From Camelus dromedarius (Eukaryota), in the NCBI RefSeq assembly GCF_036321535.1, contig NC_087438.1, positions 99,014,001-99,078,000 on the forward strand: a DNA stretch of 64,000 nt, written 5' to 3'. Below are positions 27,172 to 47,900 of this stretch, in pieces; the first letter of the stretch is position 1; every line of letters starts with the position of its first letter. Below the pieces are notes generated by a model that worked only from the letters and a program-made list of their open reading frames with translations, had not been told where the DNA came from and ran no database searches. Position numbers and translations under genes: made by a program.

Positions 27172-27636
27172 TCCGCTCAGACCATTACAACTGCTTGGCA
27201 TACTGGCTTCAGCTCCTTCTGACAGGCCTGACCATGTCCCTACCCCCAACCCCAGTGGCTCTGGCATCTGGACTAGGGGTGGTTCACAGAACCAGGGTGG
27301 AGACACAGATGAGCCAGAGCCACTCAAGACTTTGGAGGACGAATTCCAGCCCCAGAGATTTCAAGAGATTCCACCACTCTAGAGATGGGGTGGTAGCAGA
27401 AGAGAAAGGAGGGTAGTTCCAGCCCTAGAGATGGCAGGAGGATGATGGGAAAAAAGGAGTGGGTTCCAGCCCCAGAAATGGGGGTAGGGGAAATTTCTAC
27501 CCCTGAAGGTGAGAATGGAAATGGGGGAGATTCCAGCTTTTGGCCGTGTCGCTCCAGATCATTGGGAGGGGGAGGTCTCTGATAGCACGGAGATGGGGGC
27601 AGCAGCATCACTGGGGGACAGTGACTCCCCCTGGCT

Positions 27637-36830
<9,194 letters not shown>

Positions 36831-37461
36831 AGGGGGAACCTCAGGTTTCTGTATCAAGACGCCTAGGTTCTATTTCTAGGGGAGCTGCTGACTCAGCCCG
36901 TAATTATTTCTAATCATTTATTTACATATGCAGATCTCCAGTTCTGGCGCAATGGGTGAAGGACGGCGAGGAACTCAAGTCTGTGACCAGGGAAACTGAA
37001 TCACTGGATGCCTGAGCGAAGATGCATCTGATGAGGGAAACAGGGCTGGTCCCAGACCTTTTCCCAATTCCCACGGAACTGGAAAAGCCAGAGTGAGAGA
37101 GGGTGAGAAAGACGCCTGGAGCCAGGAAGGAGCCAGTGCCAGAGGACAACTCAGGTACACACCAGGCAAATGGAAAAGAAACCAGCGAGTGAGTGTGAGC
37201 TGGGAGACGAGAGTAGGCGGCTGCAACCCACAAAGACTCGATCACCTCTGGGGTCTGCCCTTAAGGTTCTGCACCCCAGGACTTGCACTGCTTTCTGAGG
37301 ATACGCACACCCTTTCCTCTTCCTCCTCACCCATCTGTGGCCCACATCTCCTCACCACATCCCTGACTTGGAAGAAGCAGTTATCTGTGGCGCCAAATTC
37401 TAGATTCACATTTCCAACAGCTCACTGACAACTACACTTATCTAAGTAAGTACCTCAAACT

Positions 37462-37539
37462 ATTTTTTTTGTTTTGTTTTAAATGGAGGTACTGGGGATT
37501 GAACCCAGGACCTACTACTGAGCTTTTTCCCTTCCCCCT
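37462..37539 (-). mobile_element. tRNA-Ala-derived SINE, internally deleted
   Basis: B-box GGTTCAATCCCCAGTACCTCCA, A-rich tail, 12-bp TSD GTACCTCAAACT (37450-37461 / 37540-37551). Confidence 0.8.
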
Positions 37540-37549
37540 GTACCTCAAA

Positions 37550-38385
37550 CTTCTAAAATGGCTCCTTCAGTCTGATCCTTCCCCAGTCACCTCCCCCAGG
37601 TAATATACTAGATGACACCACTCTATCCAGGTAAGAAAGTCAGAAACCCAGAGTCAGTGTGCCCTTCCTCCTGCCCCCACATTCCATCCATCAACAGGTC
37701 CTATAGGTCCTACTTCTAAAAAAGATCTCCTACTGATCATCTTCTCTCAACTTCCAGAACCATCAGCCTGACCCAAGCCCCCTTTATCAGTCTCCTCGTC
37801 TGATATCTGGTCTCCTTGCTTCCAGTCTTCCCTGTATAACCCATGGTGCACAAAACAGCCAGAGTGATCGACCTTTTTTAAAAAAGGAAATAAGATCTCA
37901 TCACTCTCTTCCTTAAAGCTCAATGCTTCAGTATAAAATCACGGCACACAAGGCTGTGCATCATGGGGCCCCTGCCGATCTTTCCCCCTTCAGCCCAACT
38001 CTTCTCCTGCTCCCTGCTCACTGTGCTCCAGCCACTCCAGCCTCCCTGCTCTTCCCCTAAAAGGCCAAGTCTCTTCCCAATGCCTTCATGCCTACTGCTT
38101 TCCCTTTCCTTCTGTAGTGTTCCTTCTCCCAGCCCTCCACCTGCTTGGCTTCTTACCCTTACATTTCATCTCTTCACAGAGGCCTTCCCCCTCTACAAGC
38201 ACGTCACTTTGGTTTTGTTTCTTCACAGCACTGATTTTGTGTAATTTCTGTTCCTCCTCTACAATGGAAACTCCATTGTAGCAAGGACCTCATCTCTTTT
38301 GTTCAACACTATATCTCCAATACTTGTCACCAGTTAGGTGTCCAGTATATAATTGTTGAATGATTGATTAAATGAATGAATAAGA
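37550..38385 (+). mobile_element. L2 3' fragment
   Basis: GGTCTCCTTGCTTCCAGTC..CACAGCCAGAGTGATC..TTGAATGATTGATTAAATGAATGAAT. Confidence 0.65.
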
Positions 38386-38411
38386 AGAATGGTGAGCTTT
38401 TGGTCCCAAAG

Positions 38412-38417
38412 TTTATT
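38412..38417 (-). terminator. ARAP3 polyadenylation signal
   Basis: AATAAA on - ~520 nt after the stop. Confidence 0.75.
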
Positions 38418-38941
38418 AACAGTGACCCATCTTTTTTGGCTCCTCTTTGCCCCAGTTCCCAACCCCCTTTAATCTCCTCACTCGGGGGCTTCACTGTAGT
38501 CCCTGAATGTTGAAGGTGGGGTAGGATAAACTTGGAGATCATTCAGATATCTGGCTTCCAAATCGTTCATTAATGCAGTCAAACCATTCTTTTTAAACCC
38601 CAAATCTCTCTCAGAACCCCTACATATCAAATGTATAAAGCAGGAGTTGCCCTTATTGTGGGAAACTATGTGGGGCTTACAGTGCTAGAAACAGTTTGAT
38701 GTTCACTTCTCTCCTTGTTCGGTTACTTCATGGTACAGATAAGTCAGCAGAGGCCCAGAAAGACGCCATGACCTGGCTGTCTTTGAGCAGGACACAGCCT
38801 CCGGAGCCGTCAGTCCTTCCACAGCCCCACACTGGATTCTAGAGTCTTTCCAGCCAGGGCAGAGGATGCTCCCAGCAGTGTCTGCCATGGAGAGAGCTTG
38901 GGTCTTTGGTTACCTACCCCCTCGGACTCTTGGTCCCAGAG

Positions 38942-41900
38942 TCATGTGAGGGGCTGGCTGCGGGGTGGACTGGAAGCACAGGGAGCTTGGGTGGGGAAGC
39001 TGGGCGTCTGTGTTGGAAGGCTGCTGGGGCTCAAAGGTTGGGGGCTGGAGGGCTGAGAGGGGCTGCCCAGGCCTACGGTGGTCTCTCCCTTCCTCAGAAT
39101 GAGGTTGCTGAGCTCCTGAAGCAGCTGTTCCTCCAGAGACCCACGTGCCTGGAGGTTCTTTGAAGGGGGGCCTGGAGGGGGCTCAGGCGGTCTCTCCTCC
39201 CAGCCCAGGGGGCCTGCCTTGGTCAGAAGGGGTTGATCAAAGGACCTCTGGTTGGTGAGGGGGGTCTCTGGCTTGGCTGTCTGCTCCCTGGTGGTGGAAA
39301 AGGAGGTGGAAGTGTCCTCAGTCAACTCGGGGAAGGCCCCCACTTCCTCGTACACTGGCTCCTCATACACAGGCTCCTCTAGTTCCTCTTGCTCCTCCAC
39401 AGACTCCTGGGATGACTTCATTGGCTGGATGGGAATGGGGTAGCCGGAGGCAGGCACAGAGTTAGAGTTACTAGATTATTAATCGCTAACACATTTTGAG
39501 CTCTTCCTCTTGACCAGATGCTGCAAAATACTTTGCATATATGATGTCAAAAACAACTCTGAATGATGGTTGCACTGCAGGTGAGTGAGCTGAGGTACAG
39601 AGGGGTGAAGTAAGTTGCCCAAGATCATACAGTAAGTAAATGGCAGAGCTGGGGCTTGAACCCAGGTCAGTCTGCCTCTAAAATGCATTCACTTAACCAC
39701 TTCCTTTTTTTTTTCTCAGATCCTGTGGCCACTTCCCCCTTTCCTCACCACATCCTACTATCCCTTGTTTTCCTCATTCCTTCTGGTCCATGCACACACA
39801 CTCACTGAAGGCCTGCGTCAGGACAAATGCAGAGAGCACAATGGCTCAGGTGGCACAGAGGGACACAGAGTTGACAGGCACACAGCTGGGACAGGCACAG
39901 TACTCACAAAGAACATGGACAGGGTCCTCCGGTTGTGAAGTCGCCTCTGGGCACAGGTAGGGTGGGGGTGCAGGGAGGGAGAGACAAAGAGACACAGACA
40001 CAGTAAGGCCTGGCAACAAGAGGTAAGGGTGGAGCGTGGGGGCACAGAGAAGGCAGAGGGGGGCACCAGGCTGGCAGGCATGACACTCCCTCCTGCGCTG
40101 TGGCCAGGGCATGGGCAGGGATCTGGAGGGGGTCAGAGCAGGCCAGGGGGACCTCACCAGGGTCTGGTTAGCAGAAAGTAGGGTGGCCCCACTGTCATCC
40201 CCACGGATGGGCAGCAAAGGCATGGTGCCAAACTTCTGATGGGCAAGGTCAGAGGAGGAACGGCGTCGTAATACCACTGGCTGCTGGTCATCGTGCTGGA
40301 GAGAGGGTGAGGGATTGGTGCGGGTGGGCATGGGAGGTACTGAGGGGTAGAGGTGGGCCCACAGACTTTGCCCTCAGCTCTCTTCTTCCCTCACCTGGGC
40401 CTTGAGGATGCTGGTGGTCCAGTCCCACATCTCATCCTCGTCAGTGCAGGACAGGTAGCTGGGGGTGATCAGAGGGGAATCAGGAGAGGAGGGGGTCACA
40501 ACTAGAGGGATGGAGGATAGAAAAAGCGAGGAGGTAGAAGACTGGGAACCCAGCTGGGCCAGAGGAGAAACCAGGCAGGAGATACTCACAGGTGCATCTT
40601 CTCCAGGATCAGCGTGAAGCCCCACCTGGGAGGCAGACAACAGTGATGGGTGGATCAGAAAGGCAGAGGGGTGACGGCAGGAAGGGTCTAGGAGTGTGGA
40701 CTGGGGAAGAAAACTCACGGGGTGGGAGGCTTGAACTTCTTCCGGATTCCCAAGTAGACCTTGGCACCTTCCAAAGGCCACTCCCGTTCTGGTTTAGAGC
40801 TCTGAGAACATGAAGGCAGTTAGTGAGGTTGAGAGGTGAGAAAGAAGGATCACGGTTAAGGAGGTCAAGAAGCCACAGAAGGACTGGGGTTGTGTGAGGT
40901 CAAAGGGTCACAGAGGACAAAGGGCTGGGGAGCAATGAGATTGATGAGAACGTGGGCTGTGGCGTGAGAGGGTCGGTGCAGTCCTGGCTTCTCCCACGCA
41001 GCCACCCGGCGCTTCCCCCTCCCTTGACCCCGCCCTCGCCCCGCCCACCTTCTTCTCCTTGAGCAGCAGCAGGCAGCGGCCACGCAGCAGAAAGAACCTC
41101 TCCTGGAAGCGGTTTCCCAGCAAGCGGGGCGGCTCCTCCCTACACCGCAACAGCCCCACCCGCGGGCTCTCACGCCGGAGGCCTGGACACAGATGGGCAG
41201 TGCTAGGTGGAGGGTCCCGGGGAGAGGCCTGGGGGGTGCTGGGCTGAAGAAGGAGGCTCACCTGTGAAGAGGCAGCCGGCCTGGGCCAGAGAGACTTTTC
41301 TCAAGAGTAAGGAGGCTGAGCAGGGCTCTGGGAGCTGGCACCATTGTAGGGCTTGCTCTAGGACCCTTTCCTTGGGGTGCAGTGGCCGCTCTAAGGGGGC
41401 AAAGTCGGGGTGAGTATCATCAACCAGATAGTCATCCCCAGCCTGGAGCCCCCACTCCTCACCCACCAGTTATTGATTCGTCCATCCCACCATCCAGCCA
41501 TAGACATTCATTTAACACTGACTATGCCAGGCACTGGCTGCCCCAGAGATATAGCATTGAGCCTGAAACACACACCCTGCCTTTATGAAGCCCACAGCTT
41601 CGTGAGGGGGCAGAGTAAAACAGGTAAGTAAACGAGGTAATTACAGACAAACCATGATTTTGAAAGAAGAAATAAGAAGCTGAGAGAGAGTAACAGGGCA
41701 GCTACTTAAATAGGGTGATTAGGCAAGGCCCTTCAGAGGAGACATTTGAAGATGAATCAGAGGCCTGAAGGATTAGGAAGAAGCAGCCATGCTGAAATTG
41801 GGGGACTAGGGGGCAGGGGAAGACTTCAGGCGTGACAAATGCAACAACAAAGGCCCTGAGTTAGGAAAGATGTGCTTGAGGAACTAAACAGCCAGTGTGG

Positions 41901-44900
41901 CTTGAGTGAAGACAGTAAGGTACATGAGATGAAGTCTGAGAAATAAGCAAGAGCCAGACATTCAGGGACTTGTGGGCCATAATAAGGAATTTGAGTTTTA
42001 AGTTCAATGGGAAGCTATTGGAAAGTTTAAACCATGGGAATGGCATGATCTGATTTATGCTTGAAGTGCTTCAGTGACTCCTGGGTGGAAAAATGGATTG
42101 CCAAGAGGCAAGAATGGAACACTGGCCAGCAACTCCCTTTCTGGGGCTGTACATTTTAGTGGTTGATATGGGGGAACAGAAAGATAACGGTGACTTCAAC
42201 TAGAGTGGTGGTAATGGTGGAGGTGGAGAGAAGGGAAAGATTCAGATAGACTGGAGCACTAGTTGGCTGTGTTGGGTATGAAGACGAAGGAAAGGGATGA
42301 GACCCAGACACCCAAGTGTCTGGGTGAATGGTGGTGCACTGACTGAGTTAGGGGAAACTAGGAAATGGCTCCAGCTTTTTGTTACGGGAAGGGGCTGGAA
42401 ACTGAGTTTGATCTTAGACGTTTTATTTATTTTTTAAAATATTTTATTTATTATTGTATTATTTAATTACTTTATTTCAGTAAGAGCAGATAATTAAATT
42501 TGTTTACTTTTTGAAGAGGTACTGGGGATTGAACCCATGACCTCTTGCATGCTAAGCATGTACTCACCACTTGAGCTATACCCTCCCCCCTAATCTTAGA
42601 CGTTTTAAATTTGAGATGCTATGAGATGGACCAGTGGAAGTGTCAGGTAGGCAGCTGGATACGTGAATCTGGAGCTTGGAGGAGAGAGAAAAATGTGGAG
42701 GTGAGTTTATTAATTGCATTTAGAGCCATGGGAGTGGACCAGCTCATCCAAGGAGAAACGTAGACAGAGGAAGGAAGAGTCGAGGATTGAGCCCTGGGTC
42801 TCTCCAACATTTGGAGTCTGGGCAGAGGCGAAAGAGAAGCCTCCTTTGAGGTGGAAGGGAACCCAAGGGTTCGTGAGGTCCACGAAAGCCAAGAGATCAG
42901 AGAGTATTGAGAAAGAGGGAGTGACCAGCCACGTAGAATGACCCCTCACATGCATGAGGACAGTGTCCATTGTATTTGGTAAGTCCGAAGTCTTGCTGAC
43001 TTTCACTCCACACCACACACACACGCACACGTGCGCGGTCATACTCACCAAGCTCCCCGTGCTCTCGAATCTCAAATGTCACCCACAAGTCCGTCCCGGC
43101 TGCTGTCCCCCGAATCTCCAGTACCTGGTTAGTCAGCTCCTCGGCAGTCAGTGTCGGGGACACCTGGGGTCAGGGCAAGAGCGGATGACCTATGCCAGTC
43201 TGGCCGATGCCCCTGCCCACCTTTGTCTTCTCACCTCCCCTCCGGTCCCCTCAGGACTGACCTTCAGGGTGACACAGTTATCTGGGAGCTGCTGTTCAAT
43301 GAAAACCTCCATGATGAGGTCTCCAGCCTGGGACAGCTGAGGGGAGGTGTAGAGAAAACAGGAGGACACAAAGGGTGCAAAGAATCAAGGTCAGAGGACT
43401 CCCCAGGCTGCCTCATGAGCGCTTCCCCAACAGAACTCTCCTTCCAACCCTCACCCTCAACATTGTTCAGGCCTTTAAAAGAGAAAAAAATCTCCAGGCA
43501 TGGCGGGACTATGTACGGAGGTTCCCAAGGCAGCGCAGTAGTGCTTGGGAAGACAGGTTTGGAGTCAAACTGTATGAGTTCCAACTCTGCCACTCGCTAC
43601 AGTATGACCTTGAATAAGGAAGCCTCCAAACCTCAGTTTCTTTATTTGAAGACATCAGACTACCGACCTCATGGAGTTGTGTGATGCTAAAGTGAGATTA
43701 CAGGTACTTGGAATATAATAAGCCCTCAGCTGTTGGCTACTGTATTTATTACTATTCTCACCTCTTGGTCTAACTTAGCTAACTCTTCCTTGAATCGCTT
43801 ACACTTGGAACTGAAGTGTGCCTGCAACCACTGTATAATGAGGAATCCTCATGGTGGAATATATGGAGCAAATCCTAAACCAAACCCCCTTCCTAAAGCG
43901 CTCCTCTCTTTGGGTTTCCTGTGTCCCAGAGAGCTGAGGGCCAGTGTCCAGGAGCAGAAGGTCAGCTTCCTATCTTGATGTCCCCTCCTGGCCCACTCAG
44001 GAGTCTAGGGTCAGGGCAAGTTACCTGCACATCCTTCCAGGTGGTGATAAGACTGACCTCCAAGTCAATCTGGGCTACCTGATCAGGGTCAATCTGCAGA
44101 AGAGCCAAAAGGGAGTGTGTGCATGGGGTGGGGTGGGTGCTGGGAAAGGAGGGAAGCAGGGAGAGGTATGTAAGACCAGAGTGCCTATAGGAGGGGGTTA
44201 GAGGCCAGAAGAGCTAAGAACCAATGGGGCAAGGGCGTTAGGAGAAGGTTTCAGGAGATTGGGGCCCAGGGCTCTGGGAAGTGTTTCCTGAGGCCTTCAG
44301 AGGGCTAGGCTGGGCACTTGTTGGGGTAAGCATGATCCAGAGTTCAGGAAGATGGACTGGAGGTCAAATGTCAGGAAAGCTTACATCAAAGACAGAGATG
44401 TAGCCGTCGATGAGTTCCTGCAGCACCCGCACCTCGTGCTCCCCGCGCCCGTCCGTCTGGAACACGCTGGGTGCAAAGAGCAGGGCCAGGTTCCGCGTGC
44501 ACATCTGGTTCAGAGCTGCACACTTCTGTACCCTGCAGAGGGGTGTGAGGGTCATGAGGGATGCAAGCTTCTGCTCACTCATTCATTGACCTATCCATTC
44601 ATTCAGAAAACGTTACTAAGTCCTTACTGGATGCCAGGCCCTGGGTGAAGCACTTGGGATACGGCAGTGAGTTAGACACAATCCTCAACGTGCTCCCAGT
44701 CTAGGGGAGAGACAAACTTATACACAGGAGTCAGCAAATTTTTTGTGTAAGGGGACAGATAGTAAATATTTTAGGCTTTCAGGCTATACAGTCTGTCACA
44801 GCTCAACTCTGCTGTCGTAGTGTGAAAGGAACCATGAAAAACATATAAGTGAATGGGCATGGCTTTACATTTTATGTACACAACTTTACAAAAATAAGTA

Positions 44901-47900
44901 ACAGGCTGGATATGGCCCACAGGCATAGTTGTCCAGTCCCTGTGATATAGTGTAATCAGTACAGCACAGCTGGGTTTCAGCCTAAATCATTTAAAACTGT
45001 CTCCCCAATAGACTGGTAAAGGTAGATCTGCATCTTATTCTTCCCTGTGTATCCAACATCTAGTCCTTTGCCTGGCATGGAATAATAAAACAAAAATAAT
45101 ACAATAATAAAACAAAATAATACTGATGGCTCACCATTTCTGAACACTTACTATGTACATGCCAGCTGTTACAGTAAGAAGTTTACAAGGATTATCTCAT
45201 TTAACTTTTCTATAACCTAGGAGGTGGTGCTACTGCTTCCTTTTACAAATGAGGAAACCGAGGCTCAGAGAGAGCAAATAACTTACCCAAAGGCACACAC
45301 TAGAATAGTGGAACCAGATTTAAGCTTAGATCTATCTGACCCCAAAGTCTACACTATGAAACTTTATGCCGTGACATCGTCACTTAACAACTGTCTGTGT
45401 GATGCATGAGTGAATGTGAGCAATGGGGAGGGACACAGGTGACAAAGGGTCAGTGAGGGAGTCTGCAGGGGGTCTGGCTGGACTGACCGATAGAGATGCC
45501 CAATGAGGGTGGCCAATGTGCGGCGGTTGACCCGTGGCAGGCAGCCAATCACTTCTTTGTATTTCTCCAGGCGCTGATTCTTCTGGGGCAGCTCTGTGGA
45601 TGTAATGGGCGAGGCTCAGACAGGATCAGGGAAGGGACAGTGGAGGGATTTTTAGAGACACAAACCCAAGATGGATGTGTCACTGCTCCCTCCCCACTCT
45701 GCCCTGAGCTGAGGGAGATCTTTCAGTGGGAGGAGTTCTGGGGAGGGGAACTACCCAATCTCACAAGGGAGCCTCCGGGATTCTGTGAGGGGAGGGTAGA
45801 GTTCCTGACTGGGTCTTGGTTGCCCGTGAGGAGTTCCTAGGGATCTTGGGAGTACCTGCAGCCTCCCTCCAGCGAGGCAGTAAGCGTGCAGAGGTCACGG
45901 GGTCATCAAGCTCCCGGAAGAAGCGTTTGAGCGTGTCGGTGACATCCTCCACAAAGTGCTCCCCTGGTCGGAGCTTCACTGACCTGGCATCTCGCCGGAA
46001 TTCAGCCAGGAGCCGCAGGCTGCGGGCACGGGCACCCCCTTTCCGGTACACGCCCTCCAGCCGGAGCCCTGAGCACAAAGCATCTCGCTCACTGCCCAAA
46101 GACCCACCACCACCCACCCAGCACCCCATCCATGACCCACTAGGTGGTACATGGCTGTTGTGGGTAGGAGGGTCAGAGAGTTAGAAACCAGCCTCCACGG
46201 TCTTGCTTCTCAGGTCCCTACTCCAGCCCTCATCTTCAGAAGTTCCTTCCCTATCCACCCTATCACACACAGCAGCCCCATCACTCTCTATCACCTCACT
46301 TTTCTCTTTAAATAGCACTGTCTGAAATCACATTACACTCAGTCCTTGTTATTCACGGGTTCTGTATTTACAAATTACCTGTTTGCTAAAATTTATTTGG
46401 AACCCCCAAATCAATACTTGTGGTCCTCTGTAGTCATTTGTGAACACGTGCAGAGTGGAGAAAATTTTGAGTTGCCTGATGGACATGATCCCAGCTAAGG
46501 TCTGGTATGGTAAATAAGTGTCATTTTCATGGTATGCTTAAAGCCACAATTTTTTTTTCATTCTTGTGCTTTGTTTCTTTTTTTGGTGATTTCCCTGTTT
46601 AAAATGGCCCCCAAGTGCTGAAGCGCAGGAAGGCTGTGATGCGCCTTGTGGAGAAAATACATTGGTGTCAGATAAGCCTGGCTCAGGGCTGAGTTAGAGT
46701 ATTACTGGCTGTGAGTTCAAAGTGAACAAATCAACCATATGTATTTAATAAAGCATCTTTAAACAGAAACACACATAAAACAAGGTTACATGTTGATCAG
46801 TGAATGAAAATGCCAGACTTTTCCAGGAACCTGACCTTGTGTTTCCACTGGTCCAGCATTCACTGATCCAGTGTTTTCAGTGACTTCGTAGAATATAACG
46901 ACCTCAAATAACGAGAACTGGCTGTATTGGTTTTCTTAATTATTACCCATCTCTCCCGTCAGTCTCTGAGCTTCATAGAGCCTTCCTCATTCACTGCCGT
47001 ATCCCCTGTGTCTGGCACTGAAAGCAGCTCACTAAGTATCTGTTGAATGAAGAGTGGCGGTGCAGGGGCTGTGGAGGAGCAGGTACGAACACCCACACTC
47101 TCTCCGAGGCTATTTCACAGGGCCCCTGACTTCCATCCTCCTATGAACACGAGGAAGGCTGGGAAGGGGACAGGGGTCTAGTGAGTGGGGGGGAAGTCAG
47201 GGTATGAGGCCATTGCCAAGGCGTGGAGAATGTCATTAGCCACTGACTATCCGTTGTCCATGTTGTAAGTATAACTATTTGTAGATGCATGGATGTGCCT
47301 TTTTTTCCCCTTTACTGTCCTCCTTTTTCTGTGAATTTTTCTTCTCAAGAATCCAGTCTTCTAAAGAGTGTTTGCTGGGGGAAAAGATTCAACTAGGTCC
47401 TTACTTGGGAAAGAGAATAAAGCAGAGGCCAAAAATTCACAAAGAATTCTGGGAACCACTTGTGTGGCTGATCCTTTATGGCCAGAAAACCTCCCACACA
47501 GAATAATTCTGTTCGGACCCTCAAGGATTTTGCTGCACAGCTTGGCTCTTGCCTTGTAGCTGCCTCCTCTTTGTTCTCCATGGTTCTGCATCTCCAGTCA
47601 CAGCTCAGTGCCACACTCCTTCCATGCCCACGCCCCAGTAATAGATGCTTTGGAACACACTACCTGCCAGGTCCCACGCTAAGTTATCTCACTATCGCAA
47701 CTATCCTGGAAAATGAGACTGTTATTAGCTCCATTTTAAAGATGTGGGAACTGAGGCTTAGAAGGGCAGCTTGCCAAGGGTCATACAGCTGTTGCTATCA
47801 GGCTGCAGTCTCTGGAGGCACAGCTTTTGAAGGCAAGTCACATATACACACCCCTGCCATGCCCATGTTCCTCATCCCCCACTGGCTCAGTATCAGCCGG

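Larger units (their letters stand above)
26999..27190 (+). other. RELL2: RELL2 terminal non-coding (3' UTR) exon
   Basis: Donor G|GTGAGT 1 nt after the stop (26532); pyrimidine tract and CAG ending at 26998; AATAAA at 27166-27171. Confidence 0.65.

Noticed and set aside
37028-37041. Hammerhead-like CTGATGA..GAAAC (also at 33131-33143)
   Set aside because: Only 1-2 nt between the motifs, so no stem II, and no flanking stems; the 33131 copy is a MIR core variant
47285-47614. Short ORFs, a GTAAGG donor and an 11-bp inverted repeat in ARAP3 intron 19
   Set aside because: No recognisable parent gene, no convincing acceptor, repeat too short
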